Shown piece by piece: positions 46,226 to 55,973 of a stretch of DNA of 58,989 nucleotides. The notes beneath the pieces were generated by a model. It saw nothing but the letters and a program-made list of their open reading frames with translations, was not told where the DNA came from and ran no database searches. The translations under genes were made by a program, and so were the position numbers. This stretch comes from Chloroflexota bacterium (GTDB taxonomy: Bacteria; Chloroflexota; Dehalococcoidia; GIF9; AB-539-J10): assembly GCA_048621695.1 (NCBI GenBank), contig JBMCVZ010000001.1:1-58989 (forward strand), read 5' to 3'. Position 1 is the stretch's first letter. Each line of letters opens with the position of its first letter.

Positions 46226-46735
46226 ATGGTGAATCATTCGGCAGTAGAAGACACTCAGGCGCTACTTGGGCGAGAGACGGTGATGCAAGAGCGCCTAAGC
46301 GAAATTCTATCCTCCTACGATGGTAAGAAAGAGGAGCTTATTCCTATCTTGCAGCAAGCGCAGCAGGCTTTTGGTTATCTGCCAGAGACGATAATGAAAA
46401 AAACAGCTAAATTCCTCAAACTGCCAGAAAGCACCGTCTTTGGGGTGGGCACATTTTATGCTCAATTCAAGCTTGTTCCAACAGGGAGAAACATTGTCAG
46501 GGTTTGTCGCGGCACTGCCTGCCATGTACGTGGCAGTGCACAGATACTTGGCGAAATAGAAAAGCAATTAGGCATTAGTGCAGGTGAAACTACGCCAGAT
46601 CTTGAATATTCGCTAGAGACGATAGCCTGCTTTGGTTCGTGCGCACTGGCACCAGTTGTGGTTACTAACAGCAAGGTGCATGGGAGGATGACGACTTCCA
46701 AGGCAAGGGATATGTTAAATAAGGAGGAACAGTGA
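46226..46735 (+). CDS. NuoE/HydC-like [2Fe-2S] subunit (copy 2)
   Basis: The motifs are LIPILQQAQQAFGYLPETIMKKTA, VGTFYAQFKL, CRGTACHVRGS and CFGSCALAPV. The start is uncertain among 46214, 46226 and 46283. Confidence 0.85.
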   Translation: MVNHSAVEDTQALLGRETVMQERLSEILSSYDGKKEELIPILQQAQQAFGYLPETIMKKTAKFLKLPESTVFGVGTFYAQFKLVPTGRNIVRVCRGTACHVRGSAQILGEIEKQLGISAGETTPDLEYSLETIACFGSCALAPVVVTNSKVHGRMTTSKARDMLNKEEQ

Positions 46736-48642
46736 GTTTCGAAGAAATCAAGAGCCAAGCTATACTGCAATGGGAAGCAATGCAGCAAAGCGAGAAAACT
46801 CGTATTTTAATTGGCATGGGAACTTGTGGGCGAGCAGCTGGTGCTGACGATATACTTGATGTTCTTAACCAAGAGTTAGCCCAGCAACATATTCAAGCTG
46901 ATATTCTTAAGGTTGGTTGCATCGGTCTTTGTTATGCTGAGCCCTTGATCGAAGTAATAAAACCAGGCATGCCTGGTGTCTTTTACGGCGATCTAACCCC
47001 CGAAATTATAGCTGAGATCGTCAAGGACTACTTAATTGACGGCAACCCTCGTCCTGAGTTAGCTTTGGGCACTCGTGGAGAAGGGACATTAGATGGTATT
47101 CCCAGGCTTTTTGAATTGCCAGTACTTAAACCTCAAGTGCGTATCTCTTTGCGCAATTGTGGAAATATCGATCCTGAAAGTATAGACCATTATATTGCTA
47201 ATGGTGGTTATGAAGGTCTGGCCAAGGCGTTGAGAATGAACCCCCAGGAAGTGATTGATGAGATAAGAAAATCGGGGTTGCGAGGTCGTGGTGGGGCTGG
47301 CTTTCCAACAGGAGTTAAATGGCAGTTCTGCCACGATGCTCCCGGTAATATCAAATATGTGATATGTAATGCTGATGAGGGGGACCCAGGGGCATTTATG
47401 GATCGAGCGCTTCTTGAAGGTGATCCGCATGCTGTGTTGGAAGGAATGCTCATTGGTGCTTATGCTATAGGTGCGACTGAAGGGTACATTTATATCCGAG
47501 CCGAGTATCCGCTAGCAATCCAAAGGTTACGGACTGCTATTAAGCAAATGGAGGAATATGGGTTATTAGGTGACGATATTATGGGCTCTGGCTTTAGATT
47601 CCATATCAAAATAAAAGAAGGAGCTGGGGCCTTTGTCTGTGGTGAGGAGACAGCGTTGCTGGCTTCTATTGAGGGCAAGAGGGGAATGCCACGGTCTCGT
47701 CCTCCTTTCCCTGCTGTCTCTGGATTATGGGGCAAGCCTACTAACATCAATAATGTGGAGACTTGGAGCAATGTCTCAGCTATTTTCCCGAAAGGTGCCG
47801 AATGGTATGCCGGCTACGGTACAGATAAGAGCAAGGGAACCAAGAACTTTTCTTTGGCAGGCAAAATTGTTCGCACTGGGCTTATGGAAGTCCCAATGGG
47901 AATTAGCTTGCGTGAGATAGTATATGACATAGGTGGGGGCATTCCTGGAGGGAAACGCCTTAAAGCAATCCAGACCGGAGGACCATCGGGTGGTTTCATA
48001 CCCGAGCGTTTGGTAGACCTGCCAGTCGATTACGAATCTCTGGCCGAGGCAGGGTCGATTATGGGCTCAGGTGGGATGGTAGTAATAGATGAGGGTACTT
48101 GTATGGTTGATATGACAAAGTTCTTCCTCACCTTTACCCAAGCTGAGTCATGTGGCAAATGCATACCATGCCGGTGGGGCAATAAACAAATCCTGGACAT
48201 ACTAGAGGATATAAGCAAAGGAAGAGGCAGGTCCGACGATATTGGATTGCTTCAAGAATTGGCGGAATCCGTCAAAGATGGTTCTTTATGCGGTTTAGGA
48301 CAAACTGCTCCTAACCCGGTTCTTACTAGTATCCGTTACTTCCGAGACGAGTATGAAGAGCACATCTTTGAAAAAAGCTGCTCGGCGCTTCACTGCCAAG
48401 CTCTTATATCTTACTACATTCTTCCTGACAAATGTAATGGCTGTATGATTTGTGCCAGAAACTGTCCTGTCCAAGCAATTGAGGGCAGCAAACGGATGGT
48501 GCATGTTATTGATCAGCATAAGTGCACAAAGTGTGGGAATTGCTTAGATGTCTGTCCATCTAAGTTCAGTGCGGTAGTTAAAGTTGCCGGGAAGCCTTTG
48601 GATATCCCTGAGAAGCCTATGCCTATAGCTGCCGAGGCTTAA
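46732..48642 (+). CDS. NuoF/HydB-like NAD(P)H-binding flavoprotein (copy 2)
   Basis: It has the same architecture and motifs as 31354..33267 (GLRGRGGAGFPT, CNADEGDPGAFMDR, ESCGKCIPCRWG, 2 terminal ferredoxin motifs). It overlaps the nuoE-like stop by 4 nt. Confidence 0.9.
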   Translation: MSFEEIKSQAILQWEAMQQSEKTRILIGMGTCGRAAGADDILDVLNQELAQQHIQADILKVGCIGLCYAEPLIEVIKPGMPGVFYGDLTPEIIAEIVKDYLIDGNPRPELALGTRGEGTLDGIPRLFELPVLKPQVRISLRNCGNIDPESIDHYIANGGYEGLAKALRMNPQEVIDEIRKSGLRGRGGAGFPTGVKWQFCHDAPGNIKYVICNADEGDPGAFMDRALLEGDPHAVLEGMLIGAYAIGATEGYIYIRAEYPLAIQRLRTAIKQMEEYGLLGDDIMGSGFRFHIKIKEGAGAFVCGEETALLASIEGKRGMPRSRPPFPAVSGLWGKPTNINNVETWSNVSAIFPKGAEWYAGYGTDKSKGTKNFSLAGKIVRTGLMEVPMGISLREIVYDIGGGIPGGKRLKAIQTGGPSGGFIPERLVDLPVDYESLAEAGSIMGSGGMVVIDEGTCMVDMTKFFLTFTQAESCGKCIPCRWGNKQILDILEDISKGRGRSDDIGLLQELAESVKDGSLCGLGQTAPNPVLTSIRYFRDEYEEHIFEKSCSALHCQALISYYILPDKCNGCMICARNCPVQAIEGSKRMVHVIDQHKCTKCGNCLDVCPSKFSAVVKVAGKPLDIPEKPMPIAAEA

Positions 48643-48673
48643 GTATTTTGTTAGTATTAAGGAAGGTGCCACG

Positions 48674-51637
48674 ATGAGTGCAATCGTTACAACCAAGGTT
48701 GAAGAAAAGGACATAGCCACCATCAGGCTGACTATTAATGAACAGGGAGTCGAAGCGGAAAAGGGAGTCACTGTACTTGAGGCAGCACTGAATGCTGGTA
48801 TCTATATTCCCACGCTATGTTATGATCCTGACCTCAAGCCCTATGGAGGTTGTCGGCTCTGCACGGTTGAGATTGAAGGAATGCGGGGCTTGGTCAGCTC
48901 GTGTACCACGCCAGCAACCGATGGTATGGTGGTACACACCGAGACAGAACGAGTAAATCGGTCACGCCGTATCACCATGGAGCTTATTATCGCTAATCAC
49001 CACGGCGATTGTCTAACCTGTGCCAAAAACCAAGACTGTGAGCTACTTAAGATTGCTCGATATCTAGGCATGGAACAAGAGCATATTGACCGTCTGAGAA
49101 AGGGCACTCAAGTGCTTCCTATGGATAAAAGCCATCCGGCATTTATCCGTGACCCGAATAAGTGTATTCTTTGTGGCAGGTGCGTGCGAGCGTGCCATGA
49201 AATAGCTGTCGTTGGCGCCATTGACATGGCCTTCCGGGGCAATTCTGCAAAGGTAGCCACCTTTGGTGATAAACCGATTGTCGAGTCTATCTGCAAGTCC
49301 TGCGGGGAATGTGTTGCCCGATGTCCTACAGGAGCATTGATACCCAAATGGGAAAAATTACCTGCTAAAGAAGTTAAAACCATCTGTCCCTACTGTGGAG
49401 TCGGCTGCTCCATCTACTTAGGTGTTCGTGATAATAAGATTGTTTCCGTGCGAGGTGACCCCGAGGGTCCAACTAACAAGGGCAGCCTGTGCGTTAAAGG
49501 GCGCTGGGGATACGATTTTGTTAGTCATCCAGAAAGATTAACAGCGCCCCTTATCCGATTACCAGGCGTTGCCCGGCAAGCAGGTCACAACGGGAAAGTG
49601 CAAGAAATCTTCCGTGAAGCTAGCTGGGATGAGGCTCTTAAGCTGGTGGCAAACAAGCTACTTGAACTCAAGCATGGTCACGGAGCAGATAGTATCGCTA
49701 CCTTAAGCTCAGCTAAGTGCACCAATGAAGATAACTATGCTATGCAGAAATTCGTTCGCTCTGTGATTGGGACTAATAACATTGACCATTGTGCTCGGTT
49801 ATGCCATGCCTCTACTGTCGTTGGGGGTATCGCTGCCTTCGGTCAAGGGGCAATGAGTAATTCTTATTCCGATTTTGAGAAGACCGGACTTTTCTTCGTC
49901 ATCGGCTCTAACACTACGGAATGCCATCCAGTTATTGGCGCAATAATTAAGAGAAGAGTCAAGTTTGACGGAGCTAAGCTTATTGTGGCTGACCCGCGCT
50001 CTACGGAGCTTGGCGAATATGCCACTGCCAAGCTTGTACACAAGCCAGGGACAGATGTTGCCCTTATCAACGGACTAATGCATGTTATCATTAGAGATGG
50101 CCTTGAGGATAGGGAATTTATCCGAAAGCGCACTGAAGGTTTTGAGGATATGCGCCAGCTTGTGGAACGATTTACTCCTGACGTGGTAGAGGCCATAACG
50201 GGGGTTCCCAAAGCTGATTTGGAAGCGGCCGCCCACCTTTTCGGTGCGGCGAAAAGCGCTTGTATCCTCTACGGAATGGGTATCACCCAGCATACCACCG
50301 GCACAGATAATGTTAAAAGTGTGGCAAATTTGCTGCTACTGACCGGCAATATTGGCAGGGAAGGCACGGGTTTCAGCCCTCTTCGGGGCCAAAACAATGT
50401 GCAGGGTGCTTGCGATATGGGTGCCTTACCTAACGTCTATCCCGGCTATCAAAAGGTTGATGATCCTGCTGTGAGAATGAAGTTCGAAACTGCTTGGGGA
50501 GCTAAATTGAGCGACCATACGGGGCTGACAGTTACCGAAGTGGCTAATGCTATACTCAGGGGAGACATTAAAGGACTCTATGTCATGGGTGAGAATCCTA
50601 TGTTAAGTGAACCTCACCTTGAGCATACCAGGCAGGCAATGGAGAAACTCGAATTCCTGGTAGTGCAAGATATCTTTCTCTCCGAGACTGCTTGGTTAGC
50701 TGACGTTGTTTTCCCAGCTGCTGCCTACGCTGAAAAAGATGGAAGCTTTACCAATACTGAGAGGCGAGTTCAGAGAATAAGGCGGGCCCTTATGCCGCCC
50801 GGGGAAGCAAAGGCTGACTGGGAGATTATATCTGCTTTGGCGAAAAAGATGGAAAAACCGTTTGACTACCAGAGTGCCAGCCAGATTACGGAAGAAATTG
50901 CCTCCCTGACTCCTATTTATGGTGGTGTCCTTTTCGACCGCCTTGACAATGGCAGTTTGCAGTGGCCTTGCTTGGATACCGCACACCCTGGAACGAAATT
51001 CCTTTACCAGGATGGGTTCGCACGGGGACGGGGCAAATTCCATGCTGTAGACTACGCACCACCGGCAGAATCGATATCCAAAGGTTTTCCGCTGGTTCTC
51101 ACTACAGGACGGGTGCTGGAACATTGGCACACCGGCACCATGAGTCGTCGCTCTAACGTACTCAGTGAACTTAACCCTAACGGTGTAGTTGAAATGAGCC
51201 CCAGCGATGCATTGAAGCTTGGCCTTATTGAGGGAGATTCAATAGTAGTTGCCTCAGAGAGGGGTCGATTGGAGGCACCATTGCATATTACGGAAGAGCT
51301 ACCTCCTGGAGTCGTCTTTATGCCCTTCCACTGGCATGAGGCGGCAGTGAATATCCTTACCAATGATGCTCTTGACCCAGTGGCTAAGATTCCGGAGTAC
51401 AAAGTCTCTGCTGTAAATGCTGTATTAGCGGTGCTCGATAGAGCTGCCCAGGATAATGCCTTTCTGGCTCGACTAGCGGAAAATCCCGCAGGGGCTCTGA
51501 AAGAGTACGAACTGACAGCGGAAGAAAAAGCTGCGCTGATGAGCGGAGACATACGCAAGATAGAATCATGGCTGGGCAAGCTGGATGAGCGCCTTAAGAC
51601 GTGGCTTATGCTGCGATTATCTCAAGAGAAATGGTAG
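48674..51637 (+). CDS. fdhA: Formate dehydrogenase alpha subunit (NuoG-like N-terminus, Mo/W-bis-MGD, Cys-type) with a 70-aa C-terminal extension
   Basis: It has a [2Fe-2S] site (TLCYDP..CRLC), a His-ligated cluster motif (HHGDCLTCAKNQDC), 2x4Fe-4S, CPYCGVGCS, and the active site HCARLCHAST. The normal end ..KVSAVNAV is followed by an extra domain encoded at 51425-51634. Confidence 0.9.
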   Translation: MSAIVTTKVEEKDIATIRLTINEQGVEAEKGVTVLEAALNAGIYIPTLCYDPDLKPYGGCRLCTVEIEGMRGLVSSCTTPATDGMVVHTETERVNRSRRITMELIIANHHGDCLTCAKNQDCELLKIARYLGMEQEHIDRLRKGTQVLPMDKSHPAFIRDPNKCILCGRCVRACHEIAVVGAIDMAFRGNSAKVATFGDKPIVESICKSCGECVARCPTGALIPKWEKLPAKEVKTICPYCGVGCSIYLGVRDNKIVSVRGDPEGPTNKGSLCVKGRWGYDFVSHPERLTAPLIRLPGVARQAGHNGKVQEIFREASWDEALKLVANKLLELKHGHGADSIATLSSAKCTNEDNYAMQKFVRSVIGTNNIDHCARLCHASTVVGGIAAFGQGAMSNSYSDFEKTGLFFVIGSNTTECHPVIGAIIKRRVKFDGAKLIVADPRSTELGEYATAKLVHKPGTDVALINGLMHVIIRDGLEDREFIRKRTEGFEDMRQLVERFTPDVVEAITGVPKADLEAAAHLFGAAKSACILYGMGITQHTTGTDNVKSVANLLLLTGNIGREGTGFSPLRGQNNVQGACDMGALPNVYPGYQKVDDPAVRMKFETAWGAKLSDHTGLTVTEVANAILRGDIKGLYVMGENPMLSEPHLEHTRQAMEKLEFLVVQDIFLSETAWLADVVFPAAAYAEKDGSFTNTERRVQRIRRALMPPGEAKADWEIISALAKKMEKPFDYQSASQITEEIASLTPIYGGVLFDRLDNGSLQWPCLDTAHPGTKFLYQDGFARGRGKFHAVDYAPPAESISKGFPLVLTTGRVLEHWHTGTMSRRSNVLSELNPNGVVEMSPSDALKLGLIEGDSIVVASERGRLEAPLHITEELPPGVVFMPFHWHEAAVNILTNDALDPVAKIPEYKVSAVNAVLAVLDRAAQDNAFLARLAENPAGALKEYELTAEEKAALMSGDIRKIESWLGKLDERLKTWLMLRLSQEKW

Positions 51638-51652
51638 CTCCTACTATCATTT

Positions 51653-52261
51653 CTATTCTCTCGACCATCTCCTCTCGGCTGCCAGCTTCCTTGCCCTGCC
51701 CAGATCAGCCTGGCTATTTACGTTGAAAAAGCTTAAGTGCTCAGGGTCAAATCTATTGATCTCGTCCTCTTCAACGTATTTCACCTTTACCTTGCTATAA
51801 AGCTTTCTAATCCTCTGTTCATCTTGCTCAAGTAGCCCGCGGATGGGAATTAAACAATTCTTGGAATAAACCGCGCAAAGGGGCTCCAATTTATTCTTTG
51901 TCCGCGGAACAACGACATCAAATATAGAACAAACTCGGGCCATATATTCAAGCAAGCCAACGCTTAGAAATGGTGTATCACAGCCAACAACGATAGCCCG
52001 CGAACCAGATGAGGCCATTAGACCCGAGTAAATGCCCGTAAGCGGACCCTTTCCAGGATAAATATCGGCCACTGTTTTTGTCCTTACAGCCGAGGAGCAG
52101 GGAATTGCTTCGCCATGAGCAGTCGCTATGATGATTTCTGTGCTGACTGTAGCAAGGCGGTCGATCACCCATTGGATAAGAGTCTTACCGTCAATAACTT
52201 GAAGCGCCTTGCTTTGACCGAGCCTCGAACTTTTACCACCGGCGAGAATAATAGAAGTCAT
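51653..52261 (-). CDS. mobA: Molybdenum cofactor guanylyltransferase MobA
   Basis: The motif is MTSIILAGGKSSRLGQSKAL...DGKTLIQWVIDRL. The ATG at 52261 is preferred over the TTG at 52267. It is convergent with fdhA. Confidence 0.85.
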   Translation of the reverse strand: MTSIILAGGKSSRLGQSKALQVIDGKTLIQWVIDRLATVSTEIIIATAHGEAIPCSSAVRTKTVADIYPGKGPLTGIYSGLMASSGSRAIVVGCDTPFLSVGLLEYMARVCSIFDVVVPRTKNKLEPLCAVYSKNCLIPIRGLLEQDEQRIRKLYSKVKVKYVEEDEINRFDPEHLSFFNVNSQADLGRARKLAAERRWSRE

Positions 52262-52435
52262 ATCCAAAACGCCTGAAATACAAAGCTACGCTAGCATACT
52301 GGACAGCATCAGGCAAGCCGTTGTTGCTTGCGTAATCTTTCCTTCTCTATTAGAATACTAACATAGGCACATGAAAAACCTTTACTGCAGGTTTCTAGCC
52401 AAATCGAGATAGGTAGTTTTCCATAACAGACCATC

Positions 52436-52900
52436 ATGGAAAAATTTTACAAGATAAAAGTAAAAGAGGTAATGATACCCGTGAATGATACCCCATTTAT
52501 TAAAGAGAATGCGGTTTGGGCGGACTTTTTTACCAAGCTCTCCCTTAGGGCACACGCATGGGTGGTTGACAATATTAAGGACATGAAAGTGGTGGGGGTA
52601 GTAACGGAACACGATATGCTGCGTTGTATTATTCCTCCTGGAGAGAAGAAAGTGAAAATATTCGGAATTCCCAGGGCTGAGATATTGCATAAAGAAAGTG
52701 TAGTTCAGGACGTTATGACACATAATCCTGTTGTGTGTTCGCCGGAAGAAACTGTGGCTGACGTTTTGAAAAAGTTTTCCTCCTTTGATATCCGCAGATT
52801 AGCAGTTGTGGATGAAAATAAAAGACTCTTGGGAGAAATAACAATCCAGGTCCTGGTGAAAGAATACAGACATAAGCATAAGTTCATGAACATGGTATGA
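52436..52900 (+). CDS. CBS-pair domain protein
   Basis: It has two CBS repeats (VKEVMIPVN..., VQDVMTHNPVVCSPEETVADVLKKFSSFDIRRLAVVDENKRLLGEIT). It overlaps the downstream antiporter gene by 4 nt. Confidence 0.8.
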   Translation: MEKFYKIKVKEVMIPVNDTPFIKENAVWADFFTKLSLRAHAWVVDNIKDMKVVGVVTEHDMLRCIIPPGEKKVKIFGIPRAEILHKESVVQDVMTHNPVVCSPEETVADVLKKFSSFDIRRLAVVDENKRLLGEITIQVLVKEYRHKHKFMNMV

Positions 52901-54063
52901 ATATCTATGTGCTTGTCGCTCTAATTCTCATACTTGGATTTATACTCGGCAAGATATTACGCAAACTACGTTTAACAGAAATTCTAGCATATATCCTCGC
53001 GGGTATTATCATAGGACAGGTTCTGAATTTCACCCCACCCGAACAATTCACTACCATTATCACCGGAGTCACACTTGCTCTTGTAGCCTACATAATAGGA
53101 CTGAGTTTCTCCTTCATTTTTCTAAAAAGAATGGGAAAGCAACTGGTCATCATATTGATTGTGCAGGTGTTCATGACTTTTATTGCGACATTGGCTTTTG
53201 TGTATCTATTAACGAGAGATCTCCCGCTTTCCATCATTTTGGGTTCGCTTGCTCCTGCCACTGCTCCGGCAGGAACAATAGCAGTTTTCAGGGATTTAAG
53301 GGCAAAGGGAACACTTACGGACCTGACTATTGCTCTTGTGGGACTGGATGACGCGCTTGTCATACTTATTTATTCTGTGGGGATTCGGTTGACAAAGATG
53401 TCATTGGGCGCAGAGGCAAGCACTTCCTTCTCCTTTGCTAACCCATTATGGGAAATTTTTGGTGGCTTGGCACTGGGAGCGGCAATTGGAGTTGCTATTT
53501 CCTACGTCATGAAGAAAATACATCTCTCTTCTGACAATATCTTCCTTATTTCTATCGCGGCTGCTATTCTCTGTTGGGGTCTTGCGGAAATGATTGGAGT
53601 TTCGGCAATTCTCACATGTATGGCCTTAGGAACCGCCGTGATTAACCTAAATGTCCAAATCGGCAATCGCTCAAACGAATTAGTAGATAATATCATGACG
53701 CCGGTATTTGTTTTATTTTTCGCTGTTATTGGTATGCAGATGGAATTCTCACTTTTTACTCTCATGTGGCCGCTTATAATCGTGTATGTTGTTGGTAGAA
53801 GTATTGGCAAGATAGCAGGGTGTAGCCTTGGAGCTGCCATATCAAGGTCTGAGCCAAAAATTAAGAAATATCTTGGCCTTGCCATGCTAGATCAAGCAGG
53901 TGTCGCCATGGGTCTTGCTTTCCTGGCAGCTCAAGCATTATCAGGGTATGAACTCGGAGGCACAATAATCACACTTATGGCGACCACAACGGTAGTTCAT
54001 GGACTCATTGCACCGCCTCTAATACAATATGCTGTTAGGAAGGCAGGAGAAGGACGTATATAG
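52897..54063 (+). CDS. Cation:proton antiporter (CPA family Na+/H+ or K+/H+ exchanger)
   Basis: It has about 11-12 TM helices and resembles the Na_H_exchanger family (LRLTEILAYILAGIIIGQ, LGSLAPATAP...). The length is 388 aa. Confidence 0.75.
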   Translation: MNIYVLVALILILGFILGKILRKLRLTEILAYILAGIIIGQVLNFTPPEQFTTIITGVTLALVAYIIGLSFSFIFLKRMGKQLVIILIVQVFMTFIATLAFVYLLTRDLPLSIILGSLAPATAPAGTIAVFRDLRAKGTLTDLTIALVGLDDALVILIYSVGIRLTKMSLGAEASTSFSFANPLWEIFGGLALGAAIGVAISYVMKKIHLSSDNIFLISIAAAILCWGLAEMIGVSAILTCMALGTAVINLNVQIGNRSNELVDNIMTPVFVLFFAVIGMQMEFSLFTLMWPLIIVYVVGRSIGKIAGCSLGAAISRSEPKIKKYLGLAMLDQAGVAMGLAFLAAQALSGYELGGTIITLMATTTVVHGLIAPPLIQYAVRKAGEGRI

Positions 54064-54069
54064 TAGTCC

Positions 54070-55086
54070 ATGAAAATCCTGGGTATTGAAACCTCCTGTG
54101 ATGAAACTGCTGCTGCCGTAGTGGAGAACGGCAGCAAAGTTATCTCCGATGTTGTATCTTCACAGATAGACATTCATGCTCGCTATGGCGGCGTAGTCCC
54201 CGAGGTCGCCTCAAGGCAGCACCTCCTCGCTATTATCCCTGTTATCAGCCAGGCAATGACCGAAGTCTCCTGGCAGGATATCGATGGTATTGCTGTGACT
54301 TTCGGCCCGGGGCTGGCCGGGTCGCTGTTGGTCGGTGTTAATGTGGCCAAGGCAATCGCCTTGGCTAAAAGATTACCTATTACCGGGGTTAACCATCTTG
54401 AGGCACATATCTATGCTAATTGGCTGGATTTCTCACTTGAGTCCTCTCCCTCGACGGGAGAGGGAACGGTGAGGGTGAATTGCAAAGTGAAATTCCCCTG
54501 CCTCTGCCTCGTTGTCTCCGGTGGACACAGCGATTTAGTATTGATGAAGGGACATGGGCAATTTGAGAAATTGGGACGGACCCGGGATGACGCTGCTGGC
54601 GAAGCCTTTGACAAAGCGGCTAGAATCCTGGGCCTGGGCTACCCCGGGGGTCCAGCTATTGAACAGGCAGGTCTCTCTGGAATCCCTTGCTTGCCTCTCC
54701 CCCGAGCCTGGCTCAAAGAAAGCCATGATTTCAGCTTCAGCGGCTTGAAAACCGCTTTGTGGCATCTTGTTCACAAAGGAGGAGTCTCAGTGCCTAACGC
54801 TGCAGCAAGCTTCCAGTTGGCTATAGTCGATGTTTTAGTTTCCAAAACAATTGAGGCAGCAAAGCAAATGAAGGCGGAGCAAATTTTGCTGAGCGGTGGG
54901 GTGGCAGCCAATGAGACGTTAACTCAACATTTCCTTGACAATTCGCCAGTCCCGGTTCTTATTCCCCCTCCTCGTTTATGTACAGATAATGCAGCTATGG
55001 TGGCCGCTTGTGGCTATTACCGCTTCCAGGCTGGCAAGATAAGCGGTTATGACCTGGATGTAATGCCCAGCCTCAGCCTTGGTTAA
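54070..55086 (+). CDS. tsaD: tRNA N6-adenosine threonylcarbamoyltransferase TsaD
   Basis: The motifs are [51 protein letters not shown] and GYPGGPAIE. It contains an in-frame repeat-derived insert (see findings). Confidence 0.92.
   Translation: MKILGIETSCDETAAAVVENGSKVISDVVSSQIDIHARYGGVVPEVASRQHLLAIIPVISQAMTEVSWQDIDGIAVTFGPGLAGSLLVGVNVAKAIALAKRLPITGVNHLEAHIYANWLDFSLESSPSTGEGTVRVNCKVKFPCLCLVVSGGHSDLVLMKGHGQFEKLGRTRDDAAGEAFDKAARILGLGYPGGPAIEQAGLSGIPCLPLPRAWLKESHDFSFSGLKTALWHLVHKGGVSVPNAAASFQLAIVDVLVSKTIEAAKQMKAEQILLSGGVAANETLTQHFLDNSPVPVLIPPPRLCTDNAAMVAACGYYRFQAGKISGYDLDVMPSLSLG
54443..54497. repeat. Family C repeat copy lying in frame inside tsaD
   Basis: CCTCTCCCTCGACGGGAGAGGGAACGGTGAGGGTGAATT...ATTCCCC matches the reverse complement of 12250-12304 (CCCTCTCCCTCGAAGGGAGAGGGTCTGGGTGAGGGTCAATTTCCCC). 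It encodes ..[19 protein letters not shown]... Confidence 0.75.
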
Positions 55087-55135
55087 CCCCTTTAATTTTG
55101 AGGCGTGAAGGAATCCCCTCCTTCACGATCATAGG

Positions 55136-55173
55136 AAATTCTAAATACTAATTTCTAAGCTCTAAACAAATCC
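55136..55173. repeat. Family D low-complexity unit (second copy)
   Basis: AAATTCTAAATACTAATTTCTAAGCTCTAAACAAATCC matches 20515-20552 at 34 of 38 positions. Confidence 0.75.
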
Positions 55174-55973
55174 CTTCAAAATGCAAAGATAAAAGTGCAA
55201 AATGACAGAGCAACAGTAAATAGAAAATTGAAATGCAAGAAGCAAAGACAGTGGTAGTAAAAAGAATCCAGAATCCGGTAGCCACCGGGGAAATTTTTTT
55301 AAACGCCGAATTCTGGCTACTAACTACCAGTTTCTAAATTTTCCGGCAGGACTATTTGGCTATTTTCTACTTTATTCAACCGTACTCATTTTGCCTTTGG
55401 ACCCGGGCTGGAAATCCCTTTTCCTAGGACTTGGGGGCTATAGCAGGAAAACCTTTTGAATTTTGACTACTGACTGCTGGTTTCCCGCTTTGGTACTTTT
55501 TGGTGATAGACAGGCTGTAGAGCTTCTATTAACATTTTAATAGGTGTACAAACCTCCCCCTCTTAAGATAGGAGGGGTCAGGTCCCAACTTTGTCGAGAA
55601 TGCTCGATAAAATCGGCCGGAGTTACGAATTCCCCTCTTAAGGTAAGAGGGGTTAGGGGAGTTATGAATTCGTGAAGGAATACTTTCCTTACAGGATAAC
55701 CAGTCTAGGGAGTAACAAATTGGAGAAGGACGGAAAACGCCTCCAGAATCAAGTCGTAACTCTTAAAACGGCAATCGAGGAGGCGATAAGCAAGGGGCAA
55801 AAATCCATGGACGGCCTTAGCGATATTTCAAGGTCCAGGCTGGTTTCCAATAAGGATGTTGTCCTCACCCACATGAACGCAGGTTCGGAGGTTGTCGGCT
55901 AGGTCGACGGCTTTTTGAGCTTACGCCCAGTATTCCTCCCTTACGTCGGAATAGGCTCCGCAATCGCCTTGTT

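Noticed and set aside
39509-51637. Selenocysteine recoding (in-frame TGA plus SECIS) in the two formate dehydrogenases and the hydrogenase large subunit.
   Set aside because: All three reading frames are uninterrupted. The relevant positions encode Cys: HCARLCHAPT, HCARLCHAST and DPCLACSVH.
55672-55902. A 76-aa ORF with a GTG start, the only ORF in the repeat-dense buffer.
   Set aside because: It has no RBS and no recognisable motif, and it is flanked and partly composed of repeat hairpins. It is treated as non-coding pending expression data.
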